Position numbers and translations under genes: made by a program | The notes under the pieces: model-generated | Database searches by the model: none | The model's input: only the letters and a program-made list of their open reading frames with translations | Told to the model about the DNA's origin: nothing | IMG/VR virus record: IMGVR_UViG_3300031841_003468 | Coordinates: 64,001 to 128,000 of that record | Reading direction: 5' to 3' (one strand) | Source: a virus | Length of the DNA stretch: 64,000 bases | In this document: one piece after another, positions 8,759-18,132 of the stretch | How positions within the stretch are numbered: the first letter of the stretch is position 1 | Layout of the letters: the number at the start of each line of letters is the position of its first letter

Positions 8759-8796
8759 AAAAAAGCGGCGGCCACCGCATTAAGAGGGTGACCGCC
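8759..8796 (-). terminator. intrinsic terminator
   Basis: GGCGGTCACC/GGTGGCCGCC stem then T6 on minus strand. Confidence 0.85.
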
Positions 8797-8983
8797 TAAA
8801 CAACACACTTTGGTAGGGCGATGGGGATTGACCTCAAACTTAATTGGGTCGCTCCCTCATCTTCGGCGGTGTGTGCCTACTAACCCCTGTTCGCATTATG
8901 CCTCCGGCAGATGGCTTGGGCTAGACGTTGAAGTATTTTCTCAGTCACCCAAATCCAAACCACCATCAGCCACCATTCTGACT

Positions 8984-10198
8984 TCATACTGCAAGCTCTC
9001 CCGCATAAATGGATTTCATATCTTTATCCGTGATCGTGTTCGACCGCTTAATAAGATTATCCCATCTACTGTCAGAAAAGTCAACCAGACTTCCACCAAT
9101 TTTGTCGAATCGGTTCCACTGGTCATTGCCCAGCGTTTGACCTGCACGAGTGATGGCGTTAACCAAACCGAATTGACTTCGGTGTGCTGACTCGAACTTA
9201 TTCCAAGCCTGTAGCGTTGCGGATGCTTGACGCTTGTCTAGCTTGAAATCCTTCGCAGCGGCGGCAACCACTTGATCCAGTCGAGCAGTACCGATTACAC
9301 GGCCACGTGTTTCCATCAATTTACGCATCCCTAGCGGAATGAGTGGCAACTGTGCTTCGATGTTCTCACGCAGTTTGATGGCCAACTCGTTGAGATCAAT
9401 TTCGCCGATGTGACGTTTCTTAATCTCTTTGCCTGCAACCTGTCCCCAGATGCAACCATTCAAGCAGATTGAACGGAATAGGCTAGGCTGTTGACCGATG
9501 CGGCGTTTGCCAATCTCACAGTTAGAGATTGAGACCATCCCACCGTAATCGCTGTCATCATCCTGACCGTAATCCATAACGGTATCAGGCAGTAGGACGT
9601 TACCGAAAATAGTATCCTCATCACCTCGCCAGTGAGACAGTCGCCCATTAGGTAGGTTTTTTTGTAACTGCTCAATGTACCAGCGATTGTCAATCGGTGC
9701 ATACTTATCAGTAACGAATGACCGCAAGGTAGAATCCGACTTATATGTACGCAGTAGGAATTCCTTGTCAGGGTCTACACGTCGCAGGCTATTAGCGGCC
9801 AAGTATTTCATCGCAACGGCATCCTGCTCATCACGCACGACACCCTTAGTGTCATTATTAAGTTTACCCAGCACTGTGCTAGATGGCACACCCGAACGGG
9901 TTGAGAACTGTTGTAAAGCCCAGTCGGTAGGACGATAGCATAAGCCATTGACCTCAAAGACAAACTTGCCATTGTCAACGGTTGGACGGATATCGCTAGC
10001 CTTAACCAGCAAGTCTTCACGATCCTCTACAGATCGTTGCATCAATTCCATGCCCTCATCATAGGACATTGTGGTACGCCACCAATCCTTGTGGACGTGT
10101 GTACCGTCAGCAAATCCAACTCCAGATTGGCCTTGCAGGTTCCGAACGAAAGAACCAGCGTTTTTGTCAGCAGTCATTTTGAGTGTTTGATATTCCAT
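8984..10198 (-). CDS. DUF932-family protein
   Basis: TDWALQQFS...LLRT...RSFVTDKYAPIDN...ISNCEIG...FRSICLNG pattern typical of DUF932. Confidence 0.75.
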   Translation of the reverse strand: MEYQTLKMTADKNAGSFVRNLQGQSGVGFADGTHVHKDWWRTTMSYDEGMELMQRSVEDREDLLVKASDIRPTVDNGKFVFEVNGLCYRPTDWALQQFSTRSGVPSSTVLGKLNNDTKGVVRDEQDAVAMKYLAANSLRRVDPDKEFLLRTYKSDSTLRSFVTDKYAPIDNRWYIEQLQKNLPNGRLSHWRGDEDTIFGNVLLPDTVMDYGQDDDSDYGGMVSISNCEIGKRRIGQQPSLFRSICLNGCIWGQVAGKEIKKRHIGEIDLNELAIKLRENIEAQLPLIPLGMRKLMETRGRVIGTARLDQVVAAAAKDFKLDKRQASATLQAWNKFESAHRSQFGLVNAITRAGQTLGNDQWNRFDKIGGSLVDFSDSRWDNLIKRSNTITDKDMKSIYAGELAV

Positions 10199-10274
10199 CT
10201 TAGGAACTCCAATTAGAAAAAAGTGTTGTTTGTTGTACTCTATTATATATTATCGACAGCCAAAGTCAAGAACT

Positions 10275-10430
10275 TTAATGGAAAAATTCCATAATATGTT
10301 TTTTAGCTGCGGTTGCCCGTGTTCGCTCTCGCCGGTTGCGGCGGTCTTGGTGTACGCCTGCACCGCTACGGTGTTCGTTGTGACCCTTCTCGATCTTCCA
10401 CTGTGGTTTTACGTTGAGCTTGATTTTCAT
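10275..10430 (-). CDS. small basic protein (51 aa)
   Basis: manually translated MKIKLNVKPQW...GAGVHQDRRNRRERTR; GGAG RBS; promoter 10474-10501. Confidence 0.65.
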   Translation of the reverse strand: MKIKLNVKPQWKIEKGHNEHRSGAGVHQDRRNRRERTRATAAKKHIMEFFH

Positions 10431-10534
10431 TGGATTGTCTCCGGTTAGAATAGTGTGTCCTTGTTACTCTTCTATTATACGTATCGGACATAGCAAGTCA
10501 AGAACTTTAGCCTTTTTTTCGGGATTTATTTTTA

Positions 10535-10586
10535 CCCCCCTAACGGGTGGCAGGGGTGCCGGAGCCCTCACCCCCCTTCCGAGGGG
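10535..10586 (+). repeat. 52-bp element, copy 3
   Basis: CCCCCC TAAC GGGTGG CAGGGG TGCCGG AGCCCTCA CCCCCC TTCC GAGGGG. Confidence 0.95.
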
Positions 10587-11041
10587 ATCAGCTCTCAGCC
10601 TTCTTGGTTTGGGTTAAACATTTCCCCACTGTTGTTCCATGTTCTCGAATATGTCACTTGAATTATATATCACATCGACCAAATCCCATAGAACATAGTT
10701 TTTCAATTCTTCGAGACTATACGATTCCATTTCTTTCCTTGCGTATAGTTCGCATTTGCTTATGTGCTTTTCTTTCTCACTCATTTTCATCTCCTATCAC
10801 ATCGTCCCAGTCTGTTTCAAATGCTTCTCTGTCGTTCTTGTAATAATCGTATTGATTTTCATAGAAGTGTTGAACAATAGTATCTAAGTCGGCAGAGTCG
10901 GTAATTTCTTGAGCTAGTCTTTCAATGTTTTCTTCGCTATGTTTAACTTTAATCATCTGAATATTCCTTTAATGAAATCAATTAGGTAATCGTGCAATGC
11001 GTCAAGGGTGTCTAAGTATTCCTGTTCCATAGTCTGCTTCC

Positions 11042-11455
11042 TCATGATGATTGCCCCTCATCTTTATATTGAACCCCACTAGCATCAATGCCGCCTTTGA
11101 GTTGGATGGTCACGAACTTAGCGGACTTAACCCGTCGCTCTGTGTCACATGCAACAAACGAATCGTACTTGTAGGGATTATAGGTTACCTTGGTAGTGTC
11201 TAGTGTGTAGTTGCCATTCTCGTCACGGTGGTAGTCGTTTACCATCTCACCAGCTACACCGGCGTGAACATTCTTCTTCTTCTCTCGTAGTACCTTGGCA
11301 CGTCCTGCTTGGCCTACTCTGAATTCAGCATCAGCAAGATTGACGTTATGGTAATGGCCGATGACCTTGCCTGTCTTTCTGCTACGAACCGAGAAAAGTT
11401 TCTTGTGAAGATTGAAGTAAACAAAAACTGAATTGTCTGTTAATCGCTTTGCCAT
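11042..11455 (-). CDS. conserved phage hypothetical protein
   Basis: VYFNLHKKLFSV...GRAKVLREKKKNVHAGV...YNPYK motif widespread in phages; GAGGAG RBS. Confidence 0.8.
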   Translation of the reverse strand: MAKRLTDNSVFVYFNLHKKLFSVRSRKTGKVIGHYHNVNLADAEFRVGQAGRAKVLREKKKNVHAGVAGEMVNDYHRDENGNYTLDTTKVTYNPYKYDSFVACDTERRVKSAKFVTIQLKGGIDASGVQYKDEGQSS

Positions 11456-11650
11456 GATCGTGGCTCCTCTTGTGTGTGTGTTGTAAAAAGAAGATAGCTT
11501 ATCCAACTTACGTGAACACCTGTCGTGGCTAGGCCGATACTAGGCTGGTTGATTATGTCACTCGGTTATGGTTTTGGACTACACCGTCACTTGTAGCCTC
11601 GCTCTCTTACTCTTCTATTATACCATATCGGCATAAGATGTCAAGCAACT

Positions 11651-11962
11651 TTAAGCAGATTCCGCAAAAAGTTCAGCTAATTCATCTGAGCCCATCTGTG
11701 CCTCTAAGCATCGGATGATTAGACATGCAACAATCTTCATGCCGGATGACATGGTAGCGTGCATTTCTGGATCGTCGTATTCTTCTGTGGCCTGCTGTAC
11801 ATAAGCAGGAACAAAGTCAACTAAGATTTCGTAAAGCTCTTTGTTACCGCCACTATGTAGCAACTGTAGAGTATCATAGACAAAAGCTCCGTGGCCTTTA
11901 ACTACAAGCTGGTCAACTAATGCGTCGCATACTTCTGGCGACACTGGTGGGATGTGTGACAT
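11651..11962 (-). CDS. hypothetical protein
   Basis: AGGAG RBS, promoter 12001-12028. Confidence 0.7.
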   Translation of the reverse strand: MSHIPPVSPEVCDALVDQLVVKGHGAFVYDTLQLLHSGGNKELYEILVDFVPAYVQQATEEYDDPEMHATMSSGMKIVACLIIRCLEAQMGSDELAELFAESA

Positions 11963-12071
11963 AACTGTCTCCTGTGAATGTGTTGTTTCTTACTCCCTCT
12001 ATTATATACATATCGGCTATCAGGTCAACAAAAATCCAGTAAATCCGGTCAGAAAGCAGGAATTATTTTTA

Positions 12072-12123
12072 CCCCCCCAATGGGTGGCAAGGGGCCCGGC
12101 GACCTCACCCCCCCTTTCGGGGG
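12072..12123 (+). repeat. 52-bp element, copy 4
   Basis: CCCCCC CAAT GGGTGG CAAGGG GCCCGG CGACCTCA CCCCCC CTTT CGGGGG. Confidence 0.95.
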
Positions 12124-12131
12124 GCATTGGC

Positions 12132-12380
12132 CTACAACACAATTTCACTAATCACTAGGTCGTTAGGGTTATAGCTAAAATACGCCTCGGTGTCATTCTT
12201 GACGTGTAGCGGCCATGCGTCCGTGGGCATTGAGCCATTCAAGAATTCTATAATATGATCCAATCGGCACTTCGCCATTCTTGCCGCCTCTTCTATACTA
12301 TCGGCTTTCACTTCGCCGTTAGTGTAGTTGCAATACAAGCCGCCGCTTGTCTTCAGGTGGTAACTATATAATCTCATCAT
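12132..12380 (-). CDS. hypothetical protein
   Basis: ATGA coupling, GGAGG RBS. Confidence 0.65.
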   Translation of the reverse strand: MMRLYSYHLKTSGGLYCNYTNGEVKADSIEEAARMAKCRLDHIIEFLNGSMPTDAWPLHVKNDTEAYFSYNPNDLVISEIVL

Positions 12381-12601
12381 GCAACCTCCAAGTTCTGGAC
12401 ATATGCCTCGATTTCCAAACCATGATAACCGCCATGAAATTTACATGCCTCACTAGGATTTACTATCCTGCAAATATATTTGTTATCAGGTAATTCTTTC
12501 AGCATTACTAGGTCTTGGCCTTCTTCTAGTAATGCCATTCGGCTGCAATATGCTTGGTCATAAAATCCGTTATGCCCTGCTCTGATTTTTAGTTTCTGCA
12601 T
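12377..12601 (-). CDS. hypothetical protein
   Basis: AAGGAG RBS. Confidence 0.65.
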   Translation of the reverse strand: MQKLKIRAGHNGFYDQAYCSRMALLEEGQDLVMLKELPDNKYICRIVNPSEACKFHGGYHGLEIEAYVQNLEVA

Positions 12602-12689
12602 TGTAATCTCCTTGCGATTGCTTCGCCTAGTCTTCTAACTACTTTTTCAGTAATCCATACCCATAGAATCATTAGCCACCATTCACTTT

Positions 12690-13484
12690 TCATTTTGCAC
12701 CCGCTTTCAGGACTTGCAATGCTTTTGATGCGTCGCTTCCCTTAGGCTGTGTACCATGAATCAACAATGCGAATGATTGATTCCGTTTTGATGGTTCGGC
12801 GGCGTGAGTGTCATTGCTGTCAATCTCTAAGCCTTTTGCGTCGGCTTCTTCTTGGCTGAACACCACAACAGCTTCCCGCAAATTGTGAGTGTCGATTAGG
12901 TGGTCTTCTCGACCGCCACGGCTAGCAGTGAGTACAATGTTAGGAATACTATTTACCAACTCCATATTCTTTACCCAATATCGTAATGATTTGGTATAAG
13001 CATAGAACAGAACAGTGGGATTAGCTTGTGCTAACAATAGCCACGCCTTGAAGTATTCTTCATTGAACATATCACCGGCAACGTGAATGCGAACAATACC
13101 TACATTCTTAGGTAACTTGGATTGTAGTATACCTGCCATCTCTTCAGCAGTTTTCACTGATTGAATTGCGTCGGTGTTGGCTTTACGTCGATTGTATACC
13201 GTAGGCATTAATGCTTCTTGTGATGCACTGAAACAGCGGAACTTTGTATTGGCACCGTCTTTAACTTTGACTTTTGCATTGCCACTTTCAGACAGTCCAC
13301 CAATCTCAACTACCTTAGATGAACACTCGGAAGCAAAGGGACAAGTCCAACCACTCAATAGGTCGAGTGAATAAATCTTTCGCTTGTCCTGCAAGAAGTT
13401 ATCAACCAATTCACTACTCTCACGTAGCTTTTTAGTTTTAGCGTTTTCGTTACTGAATTTTAGGTCGAGATTAGAATAATCCAT
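12690..13484 (-). CDS. GP88-like (radical-SAM-like Cys cluster) protein
   Basis: TCPFASEC...CF, VRIHVAGDMF, P.VLFYAYTKS motifs. Confidence 0.75.
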   Translation of the reverse strand: MDYSNLDLKFSNENAKTKKLRESSELVDNFLQDKRKIYSLDLLSGWTCPFASECSSKVVEIGGLSESGNAKVKVKDGANTKFRCFSASQEALMPTVYNRRKANTDAIQSVKTAEEMAGILQSKLPKNVGIVRIHVAGDMFNEEYFKAWLLLAQANPTVLFYAYTKSLRYWVKNMELVNSIPNIVLTASRGGREDHLIDTHNLREAVVVFSQEEADAKGLEIDSNDTHAAEPSKRNQSFALLIHGTQPKGSDASKALQVLKAGAK

Positions 13485-13547
13485 GATAGGTTCCTTAAGA
13501 GGTGTGGTGTGTTGTATGTCTCTATTATATATTATTATCGGCCAAAG

Positions 13548-13709
13548 TCAAGCGGAAACTTTAAGTTTTTTACCAAGTATTTTTAGGGGTACTACTTTGT
13601 GATGAGTCTGCTTCAGGGTACCAGCTTTAAGGCAACCAGTAAAAACATCGGCGTGCCGATTGAGGCTTGCATTGTGTCGGAATTGTGCTGCTTGTCGTTT
13701 AGTTATCAT
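13548..13709 (-). CDS. hypothetical protein
   Basis: AGGAG RBS before ATG 13709. Confidence 0.6.
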   Translation of the reverse strand: MITKRQAAQFRHNASLNRHADVFTGCLKAGTLKQTHHKVVPLKILGKKLKVSA

Positions 13710-13808
13710 TTTTGTCTCCTGTGTTGTTACCCTTATATTATATACTATCGGCATGTGGGGTCAATAGAGTTTAGCAAAAAACAGAAGAAAATAGGGATTT
13801 ATTTTTAC

Positions 13809-13860
13809 CCCCTCTTGTGGGGGGCGAGGGTGCCGGAGACCTTACCCCCCTTTCGAGGGG
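13809..13860 (+). repeat. 52-bp element, copy 5
   Basis: CCCCTC TTGT GGGGGG CGAGGG TGCCGG AGACCTTA CCCCCC TTTC GAGGGG. Confidence 0.95.
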
Positions 13861-13873
13861 TGTTGGCCACTCC

Positions 13874-14248
13874 TTACCACCAGCTATGATACACTACGTC
13901 ATAACCCTGCTTGATTGCTGCACGGGCATTGCGTATAAACTCACGGTCTTGCTCTGCGTAATGATCGTCAGAGTTTGAACCAAAGAAGAATCCTGATGTC
14001 TCCGGTAGTGCTGCTTCATCAAGACTTTTCTCCAGAGCGTCCAAGTCCTCTAGTGTTAATTCCAAGTCAACACAATTAAACTCATCCTCTCCACCCTTCT
14101 CATAGTAAAGGTTTGCCATCCACCCCTCAAGGTTAGGATGCTTTCGCCAGTAGGCTAGTTCCTTACTATCTTCATAGTAGACATAACCATCTTCGTCTCG
14201 TTTTGCTTCGCCTTGTCGTGCTGTTGCGTACTGATCGAGTCCGATAAT
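13874..14248 (-). CDS. conserved phage protein (GLDQY...YWRKH family), non-ATG start or start-disrupted
   Basis: GLDQYA...YWRKHPNLEGWM...FNC...YHSWW; expected ATG replaced by ATT ATC, AAAGGA 8 nt upstream. Confidence 0.7.
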   Translation of the reverse strand: MIGLDQYATARQGEAKRDEDGYVYYEDSKELAYWRKHPNLEGWMANLYYEKGGEDEFNCVDLELTLEDLDALEKSLDEAALPETSGFFFGSNSDDHYAEQDREFIRNARAAIKQGYDVVYHSWW

Positions 14249-14352
14249 ACCACCAGTCCTTTCTGCTAAATTGCAATAAAATGGGGTTAAAAAAATGGGA
14301 TTTGAACATCTTTTGTGTATATATATTATAGACATATAGCAAAGGAAGTCAA

Positions 14353-14868
14353 ATGAAAACTCATAAAAAATGTACTACTTGTAAAGAAACTCTAGAAATT
14401 ACTAACTTTTGGAAAGATAAGTCTAGAGGTGATGGTTATAATTGTAGATGCAAATCGTGTGCTAAGGCTAAAAATAAGATCTACATGAAAACATATGCTA
14501 AAAAATACTATCAGGATAATAAGGACAAGATTACTGAACAGCGTAAGGCTAGATATAATAATAACCCTGCTGTGCGTGTTGCCAACAGTATGCGTTGCCG
14601 TATATATAATACTATCGTTAAAGGTTATAAAAGTGCTACTACATTTGAATTGATTGGATGTGATGCTGATCAATTAGTTTCCCATATAGAGAAACAGTTT
14701 ACAGAGGGAATGAGTTGGGATAACTATGGGGAATGGCATATCGACCATATCAAGCCCATTTGTTCGTTTGACATACTAAACCCTACTGAACAGCTTAAAT
14801 GCTACCATTACACCAATCTACAGCCTCTATGGGCACATGACAACCTAAGTAAAGGCGGTAAGTATTAG
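14353..14868 (+). CDS. HNH homing-type endonuclease, antisense insertion
   Basis: CTTC..CKSC N-terminus; MSWDNYGEWHIDHIKP...HYTNLQPLWAHDNLSKG. Confidence 0.9.
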   Translation: MKTHKKCTTCKETLEITNFWKDKSRGDGYNCRCKSCAKAKNKIYMKTYAKKYYQDNKDKITEQRKARYNNNPAVRVANSMRCRIYNTIVKGYKSATTFELIGCDADQLVSHIEKQFTEGMSWDNYGEWHIDHIKPICSFDILNPTEQLKCYHYTNLQPLWAHDNLSKGGKY

Positions 14869-14974
14869 TGTTGTTGAATACTTATATTATATAGATTTGC
14901 CGACTGTTGTCAAGCCCTTTTTGCCCGGTATCTAAGGCGTAGAAGTCGTCCCGCTGGATCAGCTTGGACATCCC

Positions 14975-15160
14975 CTATTTGTGAAGTGGGATGTATCCTG
15001 TGTTGTTCCAGTATGTGACCGCAAACTTCACGTATGCGGTGAGGTTGTCCCCTTTGTAACCGTACCTATTATACACACGGTCAAGCCATTGGTCAACAGC
15101 TTCATTTATTTCCCCGTCGTGGCCTAATGCTACAGATAGCTTTTCCAATAATTCTTTCAT
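14975..15160 (-). CDS. hypothetical protein
   Basis: AAGGAG RBS. Confidence 0.65.
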   Translation of the reverse strand: MKELLEKLSVALGHDGEINEAVDQWLDRVYNRYGYKGDNLTAYVKFAVTYWNNTGYIPLHK

Positions 15161-15172
15161 CGTATTTTCTCC

Positions 15173-15388
15173 TTAGCCCCAATCGCCGCATTCAGCAACA
15201 TCGACCACGCCGACCCTATCCATCGTTTCCCGTGTGAACTCCCCACGATAATCAGGGTGCCACGGCACGAAGACGACGAGCCTATCGCCGTCAACCTCCA
15301 GAACCTTGATGGAGTCGTGTTCGGGATGAATCCCGTTGGCGTGAGCGGTGGCGTTGGCGGCGGTGTCGAAGAAGATTTCAAAGTGCAT
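15173..15388 (-). CDS. hypothetical protein
   Basis: AAGGA RBS, promoter 15429-15456. Confidence 0.65.
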   Translation of the reverse strand: MHFEIFFDTAANATAHANGIHPEHDSIKVLEVDGDRLVVFVPWHPDYRGEFTRETMDRVGVVDVAECGDWG

Positions 15389-15504
15389 CTGATTTTTCCT
15401 TAAAAGGTCTCTTGTGTGTTATGTCTCTATTATACACTATCGGCGTAATATGTCAATAGTCTTTAGCCATAATTTCAGAAAAAGATGAGAAAGTTTTTAG
15501 AAAC

Positions 15505-15556
15505 CCCCTCTGTCGGGGGGTTGGCGGTCGGGCACCCTGACCCCCTATTGGTGGGG
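15505..15556 (-). repeat. 52-bp element, copy 6 (inverted)
   Basis: reverse complement CCCCAC CAAT AGGGGG TCAGGG TGCCCG ACCGCCAA CCCCCC GACA GAGGGG, with flanking T-tract also flipped. Confidence 0.9.
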
Positions 15557-15581
15557 GGAAAATAATTGCATAAAAAATAGT

Positions 15582-15614
15582 AAAAAGGCCACCAGCCTAT
15601 TGACTGATGACCTT
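15582..15614 (-). terminator. intrinsic terminator
   Basis: AGGTCATCAG/CTGGTGGCCT stem then T-run on minus strand. Confidence 0.75.
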
Positions 15615-15718
15615 CCACACAAAAGAAATTTCCAAGCACACAAGGCAGGGGTTAAGCCGTCACCCTTTTCATCCTTCATCAAGGAGGCTTTGACTGGACT
15701 GCCCGATGTGCAACCTTA

Positions 15719-16036
15719 CTAACTCTTGAACGCCGCCTTGATTCGGCCAAGCAATCCAACACCGGCATCTTTGACAGCCGCCATTCGGCCATCGTAGAAT
15801 GCTTTGGCGGTACCGTCTTCCAGTTCGACGGTGTACAGATATTGTGATCTGTCGCCCTTGATGTTGCCATATCGCAGAGTCTGGTTAGACACTGGATGAG
15901 TTGCCAAGTCACGAACTCCCGTGACAGTACCGACGTAAGTCTCGGCGTTGGCTACGTAATCACTTACCAAAGTACCGTTGATAAGTCCGACCTTTTTGTC
16001 TTTGAGATAGGTAAACTCGATCTTCTTTCCTAGCAT
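15719..16036 (-). CDS. hypothetical protein, possibly WYL/SH3-like
   Basis: GGAGG RBS before ATG 16036; IEFTY...KAFYDGRM pattern loosely WYL-like. Confidence 0.6.
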   Translation of the reverse strand: MLGKKIEFTYLKDKKVGLINGTLVSDYVANAETYVGTVTGVRDLATHPVSNQTLRYGNIKGDRSQYLYTVELEDGTAKAFYDGRMAAVKDAGVGLLGRIKAAFKS

Positions 16037-16037
16037 A

Positions 16038-16313
16038 TTAAATGCCTCCATTGAATGGTGATTCTTCTTTAGTGTGATTTTCGGGATTGCTGTAGAAAGA
16101 ACGCAACCATTCAATACGTTCTTCGCTACCTGCTTTCCCTAGTAGTCCGTCGTTGGACTCAGGTAATTCTCGCTTGCCAATATTCCTACCGGCAGAGCGT
16201 GGTTTGATTGCCCACAGATCGTTTCCGTTTTCGTCGATGGTGACGTTGAACGCTTCAAAGCATTGAATGTCTGTGAGTGCTACTTTTCCGTTTACTTCTG
16301 GGCAGATGCTCAT
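16038..16313 (-). CDS. hypothetical protein
   Basis: AAGGA RBS before ATG 16313. Confidence 0.65.
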   Translation of the reverse strand: MSICPEVNGKVALTDIQCFEAFNVTIDENGNDLWAIKPRSAGRNIGKRELPESNDGLLGKAGSEERIEWLRSFYSNPENHTKEESPFNGGI

Positions 16314-16373
16314 TTTGATTTCCTTAGTGTTATCGTTTTGTATACTACTATTATGCATATTTTGCATATGGTG

Positions 16374-16685
16374 TCAAGCAGAATAAACCTTTACTTTCCA
16401 GTTTTTTCCTGAATAGTCCATATAGTTATCGCCGTCACTATATACAGTAACTGAGCCGTCGTAACCATATGATGATGGCTGTGCTTGTGCGTCGTCATCT
16501 TGGACTGGATGCCAGCGGTCACCACAGCAACCACAGTCGATTCCATCGGCAACACCGTTAAAGTAGATGCCTTTATCTTGTGCTATGCTGTTAGCCTGAT
16601 CAGCGTTATCAGCTTGAATGAATACCAATGGAGTGCCAGCAAAAGCACCGCCTGAATTGTTTTGTCTGAATTTGAACCAGCTCAT
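16374..16685 (-). CDS. conserved phage protein (QNNSGG...DCxCCGDRW)
   Basis: FRQNNSGG, GIYFNGV..GIDCGCCGDRW motif widespread in phages. Confidence 0.8.
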   Translation of the reverse strand: MSWFKFRQNNSGGAFAGTPLVFIQADNADQANSIAQDKGIYFNGVADGIDCGCCGDRWHPVQDDDAQAQPSSYGYDGSVTVYSDGDNYMDYSGKNWKVKVYSA

Positions 16686-16876
16686 AGTTCTACTCCGTTG
16701 TCGATTGCAAAATCTGTAAGGTGTCGTTTTTGATTCCAAAGTGATTCCAAGCCTTTGACAGCTTGCTTTTCTTCAACGCTCTTAGCGTTGGCAAGTCGGA
16801 CTAGCTTGTCCTCGATACGTAGGTTGATCTTGAATAGTTCCAGTTTGACATTTTGTTTTGTGATAGTTTTGACCAT
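16682..16876 (-). CDS. hypothetical protein (paralog of 20357..20527)
   Basis: AAAGGA RBS; KLELFK motif. Confidence 0.7.
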   Translation of the reverse strand: MVKTITKQNVKLELFKINLRIEDKLVRLANAKSVEEKQAVKGLESLWNQKRHLTDFAIDNGVEL

Positions 16877-17149
16877 TGTTTTTTCCTTTGTGTTACGCTC
16901 TTATTATACCATACTTATCGGCAAATGTCAATAGCAAAATTCAATTATTTTCAAACTTTTTTATAAGCCAGCCGACTGGTAAACCTATAGCCGGAATGAT
17001 CACAAACATTACAAGAGCTTCGTTTTCGAGTGCCCACTGATAAAGATCCATTTTTTTCTCCTTTGTTCTTACCTCTCTATTATACATTATCGGCATGTGA
17101 AGTCAATAAACTTTAGGCAAAAAACCGGAAATAGGCAATCTTTTTTTTA

Positions 17150-17182
17150 CCCCCCTCGTGGGGGGCGAGGGTGCCGGGGCCT
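17150..17182 (+). repeat. 52-bp element, copy 7 (right box lost)
   Basis: CCCCCC TCGT GGGGGG CGAGGG TGCCGG GGCCT. Confidence 0.9.
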
Positions 17183-17223
17183 TTTTTTCCTTAACTGGCC
17201 CAGTCTTGGCGTATCGGGTTAGA

Positions 17224-17556
17224 CTAATTCCTGAACAGCTTAACACGTCTGCCGGTCATGCCATTGTGCATCTTCCAAAATTCAGCACTGTGGTGGTCGG
17301 CGTTTCTTTTGGCTCGATCATATTCACTTATGCCGCCAGCGTTAACTAGTGAGTTTATAATTATAGCTCCGCAGGCTATGAAAAACAGAACTCCAGCAGC
17401 CACAGCCAAATTGCTTTTGACCCGTTCGGCGTTGTGATACTTCCAATCGGCAATGTAGTCTAGAGTATTGACGATTGCAGGCTTAACGCAAATGATGGCC
17501 CAAATTGCGTCGAGTGTTCTTTCTCCGATTCCTTTTGTGTATCGTGTAGGTCTCAT
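17224..17556 (-). CDS. hypothetical membrane protein
   Basis: GAGG RBS, one TM segment. Confidence 0.65.
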   Translation of the reverse strand: MRPTRYTKGIGERTLDAIWAIICVKPAIVNTLDYIADWKYHNAERVKSNLAVAAGVLFFIACGAIIINSLVNAGGISEYDRAKRNADHHSAEFWKMHNGMTGRRVKLFRN

Positions 17557-17668
17557 TATTTTAATCCCTCGTAGATGAATGCCCCTGTTACAATTATAAA
17601 CCCGCCAATTAGCAAAGTCAAGAATATTCTGTCAATCAGTTTCTCTCGTCGTCGTCTGGTCATTGTTT

Positions 17669-17926
17669 TTACTCCTCGTCTCGGATGACGATTTTGTTAA
17701 AGTCCTCTGAGTAGTTGACAACGGCAAAGCCTTTTGGCCCGATACAGATCGAGATCAGTTTGTCGCCATGTTTGTTTGAGTAGATGTCTATGCTTCTGGT
17801 TCCCTCTGCAGGTATGTCCTTGTGGCTCATGCTTGCTGCAGGCAGTTGCATTACATCGGAAAAGTCTGTATGAATTTCGCCTTGTCCGTAGTATTTGATC
17901 GCTGTGTTGATTCTGTCCTGATCCAT
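17669..17926 (-). CDS. hypothetical protein
   Basis: GGAG RBS. Confidence 0.65.
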   Translation of the reverse strand: MDQDRINTAIKYYGQGEIHTDFSDVMQLPAASMSHKDIPAEGTRSIDIYSNKHGDKLISICIGPKGFAVVNYSEDFNKIVIRDEE

Positions 17927-18132
17927 TATTCAGTCTCCAGTTGGTTTTTGAGTTGGTCAATTTTGTCTAGTGCATCTTCGAGTAAGCATTTATCGTAGGC
18001 GTTGGTGCAATCTTCGATAATGTCCACTATTGTCGCTGCACAGTTTTCGTATGCTTCTAGTTTTTGTTCAGGTGTCATAGTTCTTTTCTCCTGCTAATAT
18101 TATATACATCCAGCCGATTGGGTCAAGGGGTT

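Noticed and set aside
8803-8880. glycine riboswitch (CGCCGAAG) or HDV-like ribozyme
   Set aside because: lacks GGAGA/CUCAGG partners; lacks P1.1/P4 and has an oversized L3; located 3' of a gene
11500-11570. IscB omegaRNA-like ACCAGCCTAG..CCACG
   Set aside because: too short a resemblance; no IscB/TnpB ORF nearby
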